This document shows positions 39,501 through 53,700 of a stretch of DNA of 64,000 nucleotides, one piece after another. Numbering within the stretch: the first letter of the stretch is position 1; every line of letters starts with the position of its first letter. Under the pieces are notes generated by a model. It saw only the letters and a list, made by a program, of their open reading frames with translations, was not told the origin of the DNA and did no database searches. The stretch spans positions 193,936,001 to 194,000,000 of the forward strand of contig OZ024740.1 in NCBI GenBank assembly GCA_964016885.1, read 5' to 3'. Source of the DNA: Eledone cirrhosa. Taxonomy: Eukaryota. Both the position numbers and the translations under genes were made by a program.

Positions 39501-40693
39501 CCTAATATTCCTGGCCTTAAGCCTAAAGTAGAATTAATTACATTTCCAGTCATCAACTAATTGTAGGATTAGGATATTCGAATGTTTCAAGTTCTTTCAT
39601 GAAGAAATTGTAAATCAAAATTGTGAAAATCCGTATTTCGTTTTATTTTCTACTGTGGAAAACATTACATTTTTAAGAAATTGATAAAATAAATAAGTTT
39701 ATGTAAGTTATGGCGTTATATGAAAATGCGTAAGAAATTATATGGCTAGAAAATAATAACAGAAATAAGCGTGTTTTAAAATGTTCAATTGTTGCTTTTT
39801 GTGGGTGTTTATAATATACATTCCGTGCAATATTTAATCTAAACTTCGTTTGGTAATAACAAGCTCCAAGTAAATGTATTGATGTTCTTATCAGAAATGT
39901 TTGATCACTTTCATGGTTAAATATTCGATTCTCAGAAACCTATAGCTTCTTGTTAGTTTGTTGATTAAAGTTAGCTGTTACTTCGATCTAGGTTCATTTT
40001 GATCCCCAGAAGAATGTGCTTCTAGGGAGTAAAATATGCATAAACCTACATCTACATCAAATTGACAAGTAAAATACAACTATAATATTGCGAAAAGCTA
40101 TAATAAAATAGAAGACGAATTACAAGTGTTCACCGAATTTCTGCTTACAGAAAACATTCAAGAGAAGGATTTCCACTTGATCGTTATATGTCAGGCTTAA
40201 TTAGAAAAGACAATACTTGCAGGCAACTTTGTGTATGCAAACGTATTGTCAAATTATAACAAGTTCTATATATCCCGTGTGAGGATTCGGGACGTAGATA
40301 TTTGTTATAGCAACTAAAACTTGTAAATGGAATGTTATGGACGAACAAACAAGGCTTAACTGCATATATGGGAACATAGAAGAAAAGAACGTCTTATGGT
40401 GTTTTACACGCGATTTTGCCATAATTGAAACAAAATATGATTGAGCACTGAAACGAATCTCTAGAGCAACAATATGTGAAGTCATCTTGACCAAATAGAT
40501 ATTGAGGAAACGATTTTTTACATACTGCATTGAGTAATACATATAACAATTATCACCGTAATTCTTTAGTTATGGATATTGAATGAACATTGCTATATTT
40601 TTATGCTTTATTTTTTGCTTTTAGAATGGTTTAGATTTTCCAGACAAATATTTCCATTTCTAAACTGATGAAATGAATAAATAAAATATAATT

Positions 40694-40875
40694 GTTTCTA
40701 CTTTAGGCACAAGGCCAGCAATTATCCAGTACATTACTGGTACTTATTTTATCGACCCCGTAAGGATGAAAGGCAAAGTTAACCTTGGCGGGATTTGAAC
40801 TCAGACCGTAAAGGGACGTAACTATGCTAGAAAGCATGGCGTCCAACCTTCTACCGATACTGCCAATTCACCGCC
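40694..40875 (-). mobile_element. tRNA-derived SINE with conserved Meta/CORE-type central domain (octopus-type)
   Basis: Head GGCGGTGAATTGGCAGTATCGG (A box), GAGTTCAAATCC (B box), then GCCTTTCATCCTTACGGGGTCGATAAAATAAGTACCAG. Confidence 0.8.
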
Positions 40876-41236
40876 TAAAATATAATGACATTATAAAATC
40901 ATTTCTAGAGTTGCTGAAATTATACGTGCTTTTTTATTTGTAGGGCGTATTGTAATGATTAATAATGGTAAACGTTATTACAATTACGAAATGAATAGAG
41001 TAACGACAATGTTATGTAACCGATGAACAATGTTTTCAATTGTGTGCAACAGCTTGATATATATTCTCACGACTAGAGGGGTTGTATTCCTAGTTCTAAT
41101 TTATATATAAAGGTGAAAAATACATAAACTCACTATATTTTGATTACTATATATATATATACGTTATTCCGGGTTGAATCGGAGGTAACCACCGTAGGTA
41201 AGGTACTCAATACATAGCAGAGTATAAAAGTTTTAA

Positions 41237-41355
41237 TATAGATGAGATTCTACAGGACTAGAACTGTTTCATTCTTTAGAAATCATCAGGAATCTCTGTA
41301 TAGCATTCCTGATGATTTCTAAAGAATGAAACAGTTCTAGTCCTGTGGAATCTCA

Positions 41356-41362
<7 letters not shown>
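41237..41362. mobile_element. Short foldback made of two inverted HHRs
   Basis: Minus 41244-41296: GAGATTC CTGATGA tttc-taaa-gaat GAAA CAG-ttctagtc-CTG TA GAATCTC (GUA). Plus 41305-41351 is the same but with GUG. Confidence 0.8.
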
Positions 41363-41396
<34 letters not shown>

Positions 41397-41403
<7 letters not shown>

Positions 41404-41644
41404 TGTAATAAACAACATAAGGCAATTATTCCATTTACCAGTGGTTTCTTAAAAGCAAAAGAGTTTGCTTTCAATCCTCAGAATGAAAAAATCCTGGTCT
41501 GTTTATTGAATTTGGATTTTAAAATCCAAATTCAATAAACAGACCAAGATTTTTTCATTGTGAGGATTGAAAGCAAAATCTTTTGCTTTTAAGAAACCAC
41601 TGGTAAATGGAATAATTGCCTTATGTTGTTTATTACATAACTAT
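41397..41644. mobile_element. Near-perfect ~250-bp palindrome (centre 41520/41521) with an HHR in each arm
   Basis: Minus 41430-41487: TTCATT CTGAGGA TTGAAAGCAAA-ctct-TTTGCTTTTAA GAAA ccactgg TA AATGGA. Plus 41554-41611 has GTGAGGA. Confidence 0.8.
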
Positions 41645-41708
41645 TAAGCTCTGTTACCTACATAGAGCACTCTTTTTTCCTGGACTTTTCCGACGGAATT
41701 ACTTCAAT

Positions 41709-41766
<58 letters not shown>

Positions 41767-44304
41767 CATATATATATATATAAGACCCCGGGAGCACAAT
41801 GCATTATTGATGACACATAGTAGTTTAAGGATTCATATAGTTAGAAAAGAGCCTTAGCGAGGTAGCCGCTGTGTAAGTGTTGCACCTGCTGGATTTTGCA
41901 GCCACATTCCGTCAAATGACTTTCTAGTATTTTAGGAATGGTTACTCTGCTTATTTGCGCTCTGTTCTCCTTACAAATAAAAACTTTTTACCGTGATCAA
42001 CGCTCGATTCATGTCAAACGAAAACAACTATATGTTGAAGAACAAAATCGATTTTATAATCAAAAGAGAATTATATATATCTCGTCACCAGACTGAAGAT
42101 TTGGTTGGTTTTAGAATATATATTATAGAGTTGCTGATATATAACTAATGTATTTCATGTATAGCAATGTGTTTTATTTGGATAACTACAAAACTTTGAA
42201 GCTACATGTTTTTTTATATATTTCATGTCCCACATTCTGCCTGAGATTTGATGCGTCCAATCCCCATACAACTCTATTCAAACGAAAATATGTTATTTTG
42301 TGATTGAACTTCTCCAGCAGGGATACAAAAATATATGCTGAATGATGATGATCAACTTAGAATTCACCTTCCTATTATATTATGATAACAGAATATTCAT
42401 GTCTGTTGAACATTAACATTGATGCAGTCTCATGTTATATATAAACAAATCTTGGCTAAATTACTTCCATAAAATTGGTAATATCCAGTTGAAGGCATGT
42501 TACGCTGGTATATACATTATCCTTATTTTATATTAAACATCCGTAATTGTTTTTCTCTATTTTCTCGTTCCATCTTCCATTGACACTATCGTTTTCTATT
42601 TCACTTACAAGTTTGGATTTTGTAAATATCTTACAGCTTTACACTCTTCCCCTCCCTCTCTATGTCTGCAGTGTCTACACTCATCCATATATTTCTGTAA
42701 TTTTCTGTATATCTGTCTCCCCTTTTCAGTATTTCCACTTCTAATGTTGGAATATTGAACTTCCTTTTGCTCCAACGTCAATTAATCACAGTTATCAGGA
42801 ACTTTCGATATTGACAAAATGTCCTAATACAATTGGCGCCAAACACCGTTCTATAACTAATCTTTGATACCATTTGCAAACACTCAAATTAATAGAATAT
42901 CAGTTTATAGGCTTTGTTTGTTAGCAATAGGTCTGTAATTCAGGGAAACGTCTAAGCAACGTTTTCACACGGCTAGCTTTTCTGGAAAGCCATATTTAGT
43001 TACAGAAATGTACGACATGGCATATACATATCAGGAAAATCTATTTCCCTTTACGTTGTCCAAATGTTTGCACAGACATCACTTGTATTATTTTTCTTAT
43101 GGTATTATTTATCTTTAACAGAACTAAATGTGTGAGTTCAATACTCACATTCTCATCATAGTATTTAATATATTGTCCCATGTTTACGTGTAAAATGTTT
43201 TCGTTGAAATTTCAATAAATTTCAGTTGTATATCAAATAACTTTCAAAGACAAAATACGAAAATTAAATAATTAAAATTCGGTTTGCATATTTATTTACA
43301 AGTTTAAGCCTCTATCGTTTCATGTACGTTACGCATTTTTGACTATTAAAAGTAAATGTTACATCTCCAAGTATTCTCAGTATACGTCAACTTGTGAATC
43401 TTACATGTTTTAGTCAGGCATAGCGTGTATAGGAGCAGATTACCCAAAGTCTTCTTCGTTCCTTTAAGACAGAAGTCGGGGGTTTCAAGGAGGTGTGCTT
43501 GCTATTTATTGATAGTAACATGACCTAACAGTGAATTCTTCATATGCATCGTTTTTATATAACAACTACATGACTTCTACATCAATCAATTGTTAAAAAT
43601 TCCTTAACATGCTTTCTCGAATAGTTTACAATAGTAAAGTTTTTATTTTTTTTATTTTTGACTATAGAGAATAATGTTAGATTTTATATGGAAATGAAAA
43701 CACACCACAAATAATATATGCCTTGTGAATTTTAAAATGATATCATGCTAGATAATGTTCCAAGGTGGGGGAGTAATAGCAAACAGAGAAAAGGATATAG
43801 TTCAACACACAAAATCAAAAGAGAAGTTTATGAGGGAATATAATAGAGGCATTAGATTAATATTTAAAACATGCGAACTTAACCTTAACTGACAAAAATA
43901 ATCTATGTGTACGAAGAATAAGTTAATATGGTAAATTTACAGAAAAGCACCAGCTTGGGTTCGGTGAGAAAATTTTATTTTATTTTTCTTAGGTTTGTTC
44001 GCATATTTTCAAGTAATCTGAATTCCAACTCCCGCGCAATCTTCTGTTACTCTCGAAAACAAACGGATGTAATCGAGTGCGAAAACATCGGAGTTTTGCA
44101 CGTTTGGAGTTTTCTTTGGTGGGAATTTATTTTCTGTTTGTGTGTATGTGTTTTCAAAGAATCTGAAATCCTACTGAATGCGAAGGTAATGATAAAATGG
44201 GACGTATAAGATCATGCACAATATATATTTATATTCGGTGATTACTCTAATTTAGTTGGGTGAACATTTATACATATACATACACACACACACCCACACA
44301 CACC

Positions 44305-44400
<96 letters not shown>

Positions 44401-44424
44401 CATATATATATATGAAATATATAT

Positions 44425-44900
44425 ATAAATAAACATTTAGAAAACCATAGGTATGAATAATACTGGCAGCGAACGCCACCAAGCGGTGTTCGTCAGAAGT
44501 AAAGGGGACAATCGTCGATGCATTTCGAACTCAACTGCGGCTCGTGAGTACGATCCCAACCGCTCTTGCAACTATCGGACTTTAAAAGCAAAAATATATA
44601 GCGTTTCGTCTGTATAAATGAGCCGATTAATCTCATTCTATTCTATTTGAAGTTGAACCAACTTATACAACTGCATATATAAATCAGATTAATCACCTCA
44701 TTTACACAGACGAAAAAAACTATATATTTTTGCCTGTTTTCAAAGTCCGGCAGTTGCCAGAGCGGGAGGGATCGTCCCGCCGAGAACCAGTTGAGTCCGA
44801 AATGCATCGACGATTGTCCACCTTGCTTCCGTCAGGCACCACTTGGTGGTGGTGGCTGCCAGTATTATTCATAGCTATGGCTTTCTAAATGTATATTTAT
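44425..44900. mobile_element. Foldback/MITE-like element with long imperfect terminal inverted repeats
   Basis: catttagaaaaccataggtatgaataatactggcagc (44434-) pairs with gctgccagtattattcatagctatggctttctaaatg (-44891); arms ~200 bp; no HHR seen; TA-rich flanks. Confidence 0.75.
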
Positions 44901-44977
44901 ATACATACCGTATTTCTTTAGAAATACGAAATACAAATACATATTTGTATACAGTTAAGTTCGAAGCTAAATTCTAA

Positions 44978-45004
<27 letters not shown>

Positions 45005-45010
<6 letters not shown>

Positions 45011-47707
45011 TTAGAAACACACAGATACATGCGGACACACACATATATACATGAATGCATCCGCACCCAACTGTGAGTTAAGGGTGCCAACTTCGCCGAT
45101 GTTGCTCAATGAATGACTGGGACAGACCAATTCAGTTGAACTAGACTGAACCAGTATCAGAGTTAAAAATACATTATGAAGAGAGAAGAAACATTTAGAT
45201 ATAATTAGTAATAAAATGTATCATACCTAAACTGCTCCTAAATTCCTCGACTACGTAGTTTCGTGGCATAAACAAAAACAATATATCATAAATACATAGA
45301 GTCCTTGCGAGGTCTGCCGACTTATCAACAGGATACCTCATTTTACTAGTCTCAAGAACGCGTCTACACGACGTGAGAAAGAATCCCAAAAGGCGGAGGG
45401 GGAGATAGTCACGCGATATAACGGTCGAGAAACAGAGCTAAGCCTCTTATAACCCCGAAGAAAATACCACGGAGGCGGAGGGGGTATTTATATCGAGGCC
45501 GTAGTAGAGGTGGTGAAGAAGGCGAGAAGTATGAGTAATGGAAGCTTTCCAGCTGTCCCCACACTTCAAAGATTGCTCGACCAGAGGGAGTTGTTAACAA
45601 TATATTTAGAAACACACAGATACATGCGGACACATACATATATACATGAATGCATCCGCACCCAACTGTGAGTTAAGGGTGCCAACTTCACCGATGTTGC
45701 TCAATGAATGACTGGAACAGACCAATTCAGTTGAACTAGACTGAACCAGTATCAGAGTTAAAAATACATTATGAAGAGAGAAGAAACATTTAGATATAAT
45801 TAGTAATAAAATGTATCATACCTAAACTGCTCCTAAATGCCTCGACTACGTAGTTTCGTGGCATAAACAAAAACAATATATCATAAAGACATAGAGTCCT
45901 TGCGAGGTCTGCCGACTTATCAAGAGGATACCTCATTTTACTAGTCTCAAGAACGCGTCTACACGACGTGAGAAAGAATCCCAAAAGGCGGAGGGGGAGA
46001 TAGTCACGCGATATAACGGTCGAGAAACAGAGCTAAGCCTCTTATAACCCCGAAGAAAATACCACGGAGGCGGAGGGGGTATTTATATCGAGGCCGTAGA
46101 AGAGGTGGTGAAGAAGGCGAGAAGTATGAGTAATGGAAGCTTTCCAGCTGTCCCCACACTTCAAAGATTGCTCGACCAGAGGGAGTTGTTAACAATATAT
46201 TTAGAAACACGCAGATACATGCGGACACATACATATATACATGAATGCATCCGCACCCAACTGTGAGTTAAGGGTGCCAACTTCACCGATGTTGCTCAAT
46301 GAATGACTGGGACAGACCAATTCAGTTGAACTAGACTGAACCAGTATCAGAGTTAAAAATACATTATGAAGAGAGAAGAAACATTTAGATATAATTAGTA
46401 ATAAAATGTATCATACCTAAACTGCTCCTAAATTCCTCGACTACGTAGTTTCGTGGCATGAACAAAAACAATATATCATAAAGACATAGAGTCCTTGCGA
46501 GGTCTGCCGATTTATCAAGAGGATACCTCATTTTACTAGTCTCAAGAACGCGTCTACACGACGTGAGAAAGAATCCCAAAAGGCGGAGGGGGAGATAGTC
46601 ACGCGATATAACGGTCGAGAAACAGAGCTAAGCCTCTTATAACCCCGAAGAAAATACCACGGAGGCGGAGGGGGTATTTATATCGAGGCCGTAGAAGAGG
46701 TGGTGAAGAAGGCGAGAAGTATGAGTAATGGAAGCTTTCCAGCTGTCCCCACACTTCAAAGATTGCTCGACCAGAGGGAGTTATTAACAATATATTTAGA
46801 AACACACAGATACATGCGGACACACACATATATACATGAATGCATCCGCACCCAACTGTGAGTTAAGGGTGCCAACTTCAGCGATGTTGCTCAATGAATG
46901 ACTGGGACAGACCAATTCAGTTGAACTAGACTGAACCAGTATCAGAGTTAAAAATACATTATGAAGAGAGAAGAAACATTTAGATATAATTAGTAATAAA
47001 ATGTATCATACCTAAACTGCTCCTAAATTCCTCGACTACGTAGTTTCGTGGCATAAACAAAAACAATATATCATAAAGACATGGAGTCCTTGCGAGGTCT
47101 GCCGACTTATCAAGAGGATACCTCATTTTACTAGTCTCAAGAACGCGTCTACACGACGTGAGAAAGAATCCCAAAAGGCGGAGGGGGAGATAGTCACGCG
47201 ATATAACGGTCGAGAAACAGAGCTAAGCCTCTCATAACCCCGAAGAAAATACCACGGAGGCGGAGGGGGTATTTATATCGAGGCCGTAGAAGAGGTGGTG
47301 AAGAAGGCGAGAAGTATGAGTAATGGAAGCTTTCCAGCTGTCCCCACACTTCAAAGATTGCTCGACCAGAGGGAGTTATTAACAATATATTTAGAAACAC
47401 ACAGATACATGCGGACACACACATATATACATGAATGCATCCGCACCCAACTGTGAGTTAAGGGTGCCAACTTCAGCGATGTTGCTCAATGAATGACTGG
47501 GACAGACCAATTCAGTTGAACTAGACTGAACCAGTATCAGAGTTAAAAATACATTATGAAGAGAGAAGAAAAATTTAGATATAATTAGTAATAAAATGTA
47601 TCATACCTAAACTGCTCCTAAATTCCTCGACTACGTAGTTTCGTGGCATAAACAAAAACAATATATCATAAAGACATAGAGACCTTGCGAGGTCTGCCGA
47701 CTTATCA
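45005..47707 (-). repeat. 595-bp tandem array, inverted block (~4.5 units)
   Basis: ORF track period is exactly 595 (45195, 45790, 46385, 46980); HHRs at 45244-45333, 45839-45928, 46434-46523, 47029-47118 and a truncated one at 47624-47707. Confidence 0.95.
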
Positions 47708-50700
47708 TACTTCTCGCCTTCTTCACCACCTCTTCTACGGCCTCGATATAAATACCCCCTCCGCCTCCGTGGTATTTTCTTCGGGGTTATAAGAGGCTTA
47801 GCTCTGTTTCTCGACCGTTATATCGCGTGACTATCTCCCCCTCCGCCTTTTGGGATTCTTTCTCACGTCGAGTAGACGCGTTCTTGAGACTAGTAAAATG
47901 AGGTATCCTCTTGATAAGTCGGCAGACCTCGCAAGGACTCTATGTCTTTATGATATATTGTTTTTGTTTATGCCACGAAACTACGTAGTCGAGGAATTTA
48001 GGAGCAGTTTAGGTATGATACATTTTATTACTAATTATATCTAAATGTTTCTTCTCTCTTCATAATGTATTTTTAACTCTGATACTGGTTCAGTCTAGTT
48101 CAACTGAATTGGTCTGTCCCAGTCATTCATTGAGCAACATCGGTGAAGTTGGCACCCTTAACTCACAGTTGGGTGCGGATGCATTCATGTATATATGTGT
48201 GTGTCCGCATGTATCTGTGTGTTTCTAAATATATTGTTAATAACTCCCTCTGGTTGAGCAATCTTTGAAGTGTGGGGACAGCTGGAAAGCTTCCATTACT
48301 CATACTTCTCGCCTTCTTCACCACCTCTTCTACGGCCTCGATATAAATACCCCCTCCGCCTCCGTGGTATTTTCTTCGGGGTTATAAGAGGCTTAGCTCT
48401 GTTTCTCGACCGTTATATCGCGTGACTATCTCCCCCTCCGCCTTTTGGGATTCTTTCTCACGTCGTGTAGACGCGTTCTTGAGACTAGTAAAATGAGGTA
48501 TCCTCTTGATAAGTCGGCTGACCTCGCAAGGACTCTATGTCTTTATGATATATTGTTTTTGTTTATGCCACGAAACTACGTCGTCGAGGAATTTAGGAGC
48601 AGTTTAGGTATGATACATTTTATTACTAATTATATCTAAATGTTTCTTCTCTCTTCATAATGTATTTTTAACTCTGATACTGGTTCAGTCTAGTTCAACT
48701 GAATTGGTCTGTCCCAGTCATTCATTGAGCAACATCGGTGAAGTTGGCACCCTTAACTCACAGTTGGGTGCGGATGCATTCATGTATATATGTGTGTGTC
48801 CGCATGTATCTGTGTGTTTCTAAATATATTGTTAATAACTCCCTCTGGTCGAGCAATCTTTGAAGTGTGGGGACAGCTGGAAAGCTTCCATTACTCATAC
48901 TTCTCGCCTTCTTCACCACCTCTTCTACGGCCTCGATATAAATACCCCCTCCGCCTCCGTGGTATTTTCTTCGGGGTTATAAGAGGCTTAGCTCTGTTTC
49001 TCGACCGTTATATCGCGTGATTATCTCTCCCTCCGCCTTTTGGGATTCTTTCTCACGTTGTGTAGACGCGTTCTTGAGACTAGTAAAATGAGGTATCCTC
49101 TTGATAAGTCGGCAGACCTCGCAAGGACTCTATGTCTTTATGATATATTGTTTTTGTTTATGCCACGAAACTACGTAGTCGAGGAATTTAGGAGCAGTTT
49201 AGGTATGATACATTTTATTACTAATTATATCTAAATGTTTCTTCTCTCTTCATAATGTATTTTTAACTCTGATACTGGTTCAGTCTAGTTCAACTGAATT
49301 GGTCTGTCCCAGTCATTCATTGAGCAACATCGGTGAAGTTGGCACCCTTAACTCACAGTTGGGTGCGGATGCATTCATGTATATATGTGTGTGTCCGCAT
49401 GTATCTGTGTGTTTCTAAATATATTGTTAATAACTCCCTCTGGTCGAGCAATCTTTGAAGTGTGGGGACAGCTGGAAAGCTTCCATTACTCATACTTCTC
49501 GCCTTCTTCACCACCTCTTCTACGGCCTCGATATAAATACCCCCTCCGCCTCCGTGGTATTTTCTTCGGGGTTATAAGAGGCTTAGCTCTGTTTCTCGAC
49601 CGTTATATCGCGTGACTATCTCCCCCTCCGCCTTTTGGGATTCTTTCTCACGTCGTGTAGACGCGTTCTTGAGACTAGTAAAATGAGGTATCCTCTTGAT
49701 AAGTCGGCAGACCTCGCAAGGACTCTATGTCTTTATGATATATTGTTTTTGTTTATGCCACGAAACTACGTAGTCGAGGAATTTAGGAGCAGTTTAGGTA
49801 TGATACATTTTATTACTAATTATATCTAAATGTTTCTTCTCTCTTCATAATGTATTTTTAACTCTGATACTGGTTCAGTCTAGTTCAACTGAATTGGTCT
49901 GTCCCAGTCATTCATTGAGCAACATCTTTGAAGTTGGCACCCTTAACTCACAGTTGGGTGCGGATGCATTCATGTATATATGTGTGTGTCCGCATGTATC
50001 TGTGTGTTTCTAAATATATTGTTAACAACTCCCTCTGGTCGAGCAATCTTTGAAGTGTGGGGACAGCTGGAAAGCTTCCATTACTCATACTTCTCGCCTT
50101 CTTCACCACCTCTTCTACGGCCTCGATATAAATACCCCCTCCGCCTCCGTGGTATTTTCTTCGGGGTTATAAGAGGCTTAGCTCTGTTTCTCGACCGTTA
50201 TATCGCGTGACTATCTCCCCCTCCGCCTTTTGGGATTCTTTCTCACGTCGTGTAGACGCGTTCTTGAGACTAGTAAAATGAGGTATCCTCTTGATAAGTC
50301 GGCAGACCTCGCAAGGACTCTATGTCTTTATGATATATTGTTTTTGTTTATGCCACGAAACTACGTAGTCGAGGAATTTAGGAGCAGTTTAGGTATGATA
50401 CATTTTATTACTAATTATATCTAAATGTTTCTTCTCTCTTCATAATGTATTTTTAACTCTGATACTGGTTCAGTCTAGTTCAACTGAATTGGTCTGTCCC
50501 AGTCATTCATTGAGCAACATCGGTGAAGTTGGCACCCTTAACTCACAGTTGGGTGCGGATGCATTCATGTATATATGTGTGTGTCCGCATGTATCTGTGT
50601 GTTTCTAAATATATTGTTAATAACTCCCTCTGGTCGAGCAATCTTTGAAGTGTGGGGACAGCTGGAAAGCTTCCATTACTCATACTTCTCGCCTTCTTCA

Positions 50701-53700
50701 CCACCTCTTCTACGGCCTCGATATAAATACCCCCTCCGCCTCCGTGGTATTTTCTTCGGGGTTATAAGAGGCTTAGCTCTGTTTCTCGACCGTTATATCG
50801 CGTGACTATCTCCCCCTCCGCCTTTTGGGATTCTTTCTCACGTCGTGTAGACGCGTTCTTGAGACTAGTAAAATGAGGTATCCTCTTGATAAGTCGGCTG
50901 ACCTCGCAAGGACTCTATGTCTTTATGATATATTGTTTTTGTTTATGCCACGAAACTACGTCGTCGAGGAATTTAGGAGCAGTTTAGGTATGATACATTT
51001 TATTACTAATTATATCTAAATGTTTCTTCTCTCTTCATAATGTATTTTTAACTCTGATACTGGTTCAGTCTAGTTCAACTGAATTGGTCTGTCCCAGTCA
51101 TTCATTGAGCAACATCGGTGAAGTTGGCACCCTTAACTCACAGTTGGGTGCGGATGCATTCATGTATATATGTGTGTGTCCGCATGTATCTGTGTGTTTC
51201 TAAATATATTGTTAATAACTCCCTCTGGTCGAGCAATCTTTGAAGTGTGGGGACAGCTGGAAAGCTTCCATTACTCATACTTCTCGCCTTCTTCACCACC
51301 TCTTCTACGGCCTCGATATAAATACCCCCTCCGCCTCCGTGGTATTTTCTTCGGGGTTATAAGAGGCTTAGCTCTGTTTCTCGACCGTTATATCGCGTGA
51401 TTATCTCTCCCTCCGCCTTTTGGGATTCTTTCTCACGTTGTGTAGACGCGTTCTTGAGACTAGTAAAATGAGGTATCCTCTTGATAAGTCGGCAGACCTC
51501 GCAAGGACTCTATGTCTTTATGATATATTGTTTTTGTTTATGCCACGAAACTACGTAGTCGAGGAATTTAGGAGCAGTTTAGGTATGATACATTTTATTA
51601 CTAATTATATCTAAATGTTTCTTCTCTCTTCATAATGTATTTTTAACTCTGATACTGGTTCAGTCTAGTTCAACTGAATTGGTCTGTCCCAGTCATTCAT
51701 TGAGCAACATCGGTGAAGTTGGCACCCTTAACTCACAGTTGGGTGCGGATGCATTCATGTATATATGTGTGTGTCCGCATGTATCTGTGTGTTTCTAAAT
51801 ATATTGTTAATAACTCCCTCTGGTCGAGCAATCTTTGAAGTGTGGGGACAGCTGGAAAGCTTCCATTACTCATACTTCTCGCCTTCTTCACCACCTCTTC
51901 TACGGCCTCGATATAAATACCCCCTCCGCCTCCGTGGTATTTTCTTCGGGGTTATAAGAGGCTTAGCTCTGTTTCTCGACCGTTATATCGCGTGACTATC
52001 TCCCCCTCCGCCTTTTGGGATTCTTTCTCACGTCGTGTAGACGCGTTCTTGAGACTAGTAAAATGAGGTATCCTCTTGATAAGTCGGCAGACCTCGCAAG
52101 GACTCTATGTCTTTATGATATATTGTTTTTGTTTATGCCACGAAACTACGTAGTCGAGGAATTTAGGAGCAGTTTAGGTATGATACATTTTATTACTAAT
52201 TATATCTAAATGTTTCTTCTCTCTTCATAATGTATTTTTAACTCTGATACTGGTTCAGTCTAGTTCAACTGAATTGGTCTGTCCCAGTCATTCATTGAGC
52301 AACATCTTTGAAGTTGGCACCCTTAACTCACAGTTGGGTGCGGATGCATTCATGTATATATGTGTGTGTCCGCATGTATCTGTGTGTTTCTAAATATATT
52401 GTTAACAACTCCCTCTGGTCGAGCAATCTTTGAAGTGTGGGGACAGCTGGAAAGCTTCCATTACTCATACTTCTCGCCTTCTTCACCACCTCTTCTACGG
52501 CCTCGATATAAATACCCCCTCCGCCTCCGTGGTATTTTCTTCGGGGTTATAAGAGGCTTAGCTCTGTTTCTCGACCGTTATATCGCGTGACTATCTCCCC
52601 CTCCGCCTTTTGGGATTCTTTCTCACGTCGTGTAGACGCGTTCTTGAGACTAGTAAAATGAGGTATCCTCTTGATAAGTCGGCAGACCTCGCAAGGACTC
52701 TATGTCTTTATGATATATTGTTTTTGTTTATGCCACGAAACTACGTAGTCGAGGAATTTAGGAGCAGTTTAGGTATGATACATTTTATTACTAATTATAT
52801 CTAAATGTTTCTTCTCTCTTCATAATGTATTTTTAACTCTGATACTGGTTCAGTCTAGTTCAACTGAATTGGTCTGTCCCAGTCATTCATTGAGCAACAT
52901 CGGTGAAGTTGGCACCCTTAACTCACAGTTGGGTGCGGATGCATTCATGTATATATGTGTGTGTCCGCATGTATCTGTGTGTTTCTAAATATATTGTTAA
53001 TAACTCCCTCTGGTCGAGCAATCTTTGAAGTGTGGGGACAGCTGGAAAGCTTCCATTACTCATACTTCTCGCCTTCTTCACCACCTCTTCTACGGCCTCG
53101 ATATAAATACCCCCTCCGCCTCCGTGGTATTTTCTTCGGGGTTATAAGAGGCTTAGCTCTGTTTCTCGACCGTTATATCGCGTGACTATCTCCCCCTCCG
53201 CCTTTTGGGATTCTTTCTCACGTCGTGTAGACGCGTTCTTGAGACTAGTAAAATGAGGTATCCTCTTGATAAGTCGGCAGACCTCGCAAGGACTCTATGT
53301 CTTTATGATATATTGTTTCTGTTTATGCCACGAAACTACGTAGTCGAGGAATTTAGGAGCAGTTTAGGTATGATACATTTTATTACTAATTATATCTAAA
53401 TGTTTCTTCTCTCTTCATAATGTATTTTTAACTCTGATACTGGTTCAGTCTAGTTCAACTGAATTGGTCTGTCCCAGTCATTCATTGAGCAACATCGGTC
53501 AAGTTGGTACCCTTAACTCACAGTTGGGTGCGGATGCATTCATGTATATATGTGTGTGCCCGCATGTATCTGTGTGTTTCTAAATATATTGTTAATAACT
53601 CCCTCTGGTCGAGCAATCTTTGAAGTGTGGGGACAGCTGGAAAGCTTCCATTACTCATACTTCTCGCCTTCTTCACCACCTCTTCTACGGCCTCGATATA

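Noticed and set aside
42834-42840. TGGCGCC resembling a tRNA-Lys primer-binding site
   Set aside because: Only 7 nt, with no LTR pair or gag/pol sequence nearby.
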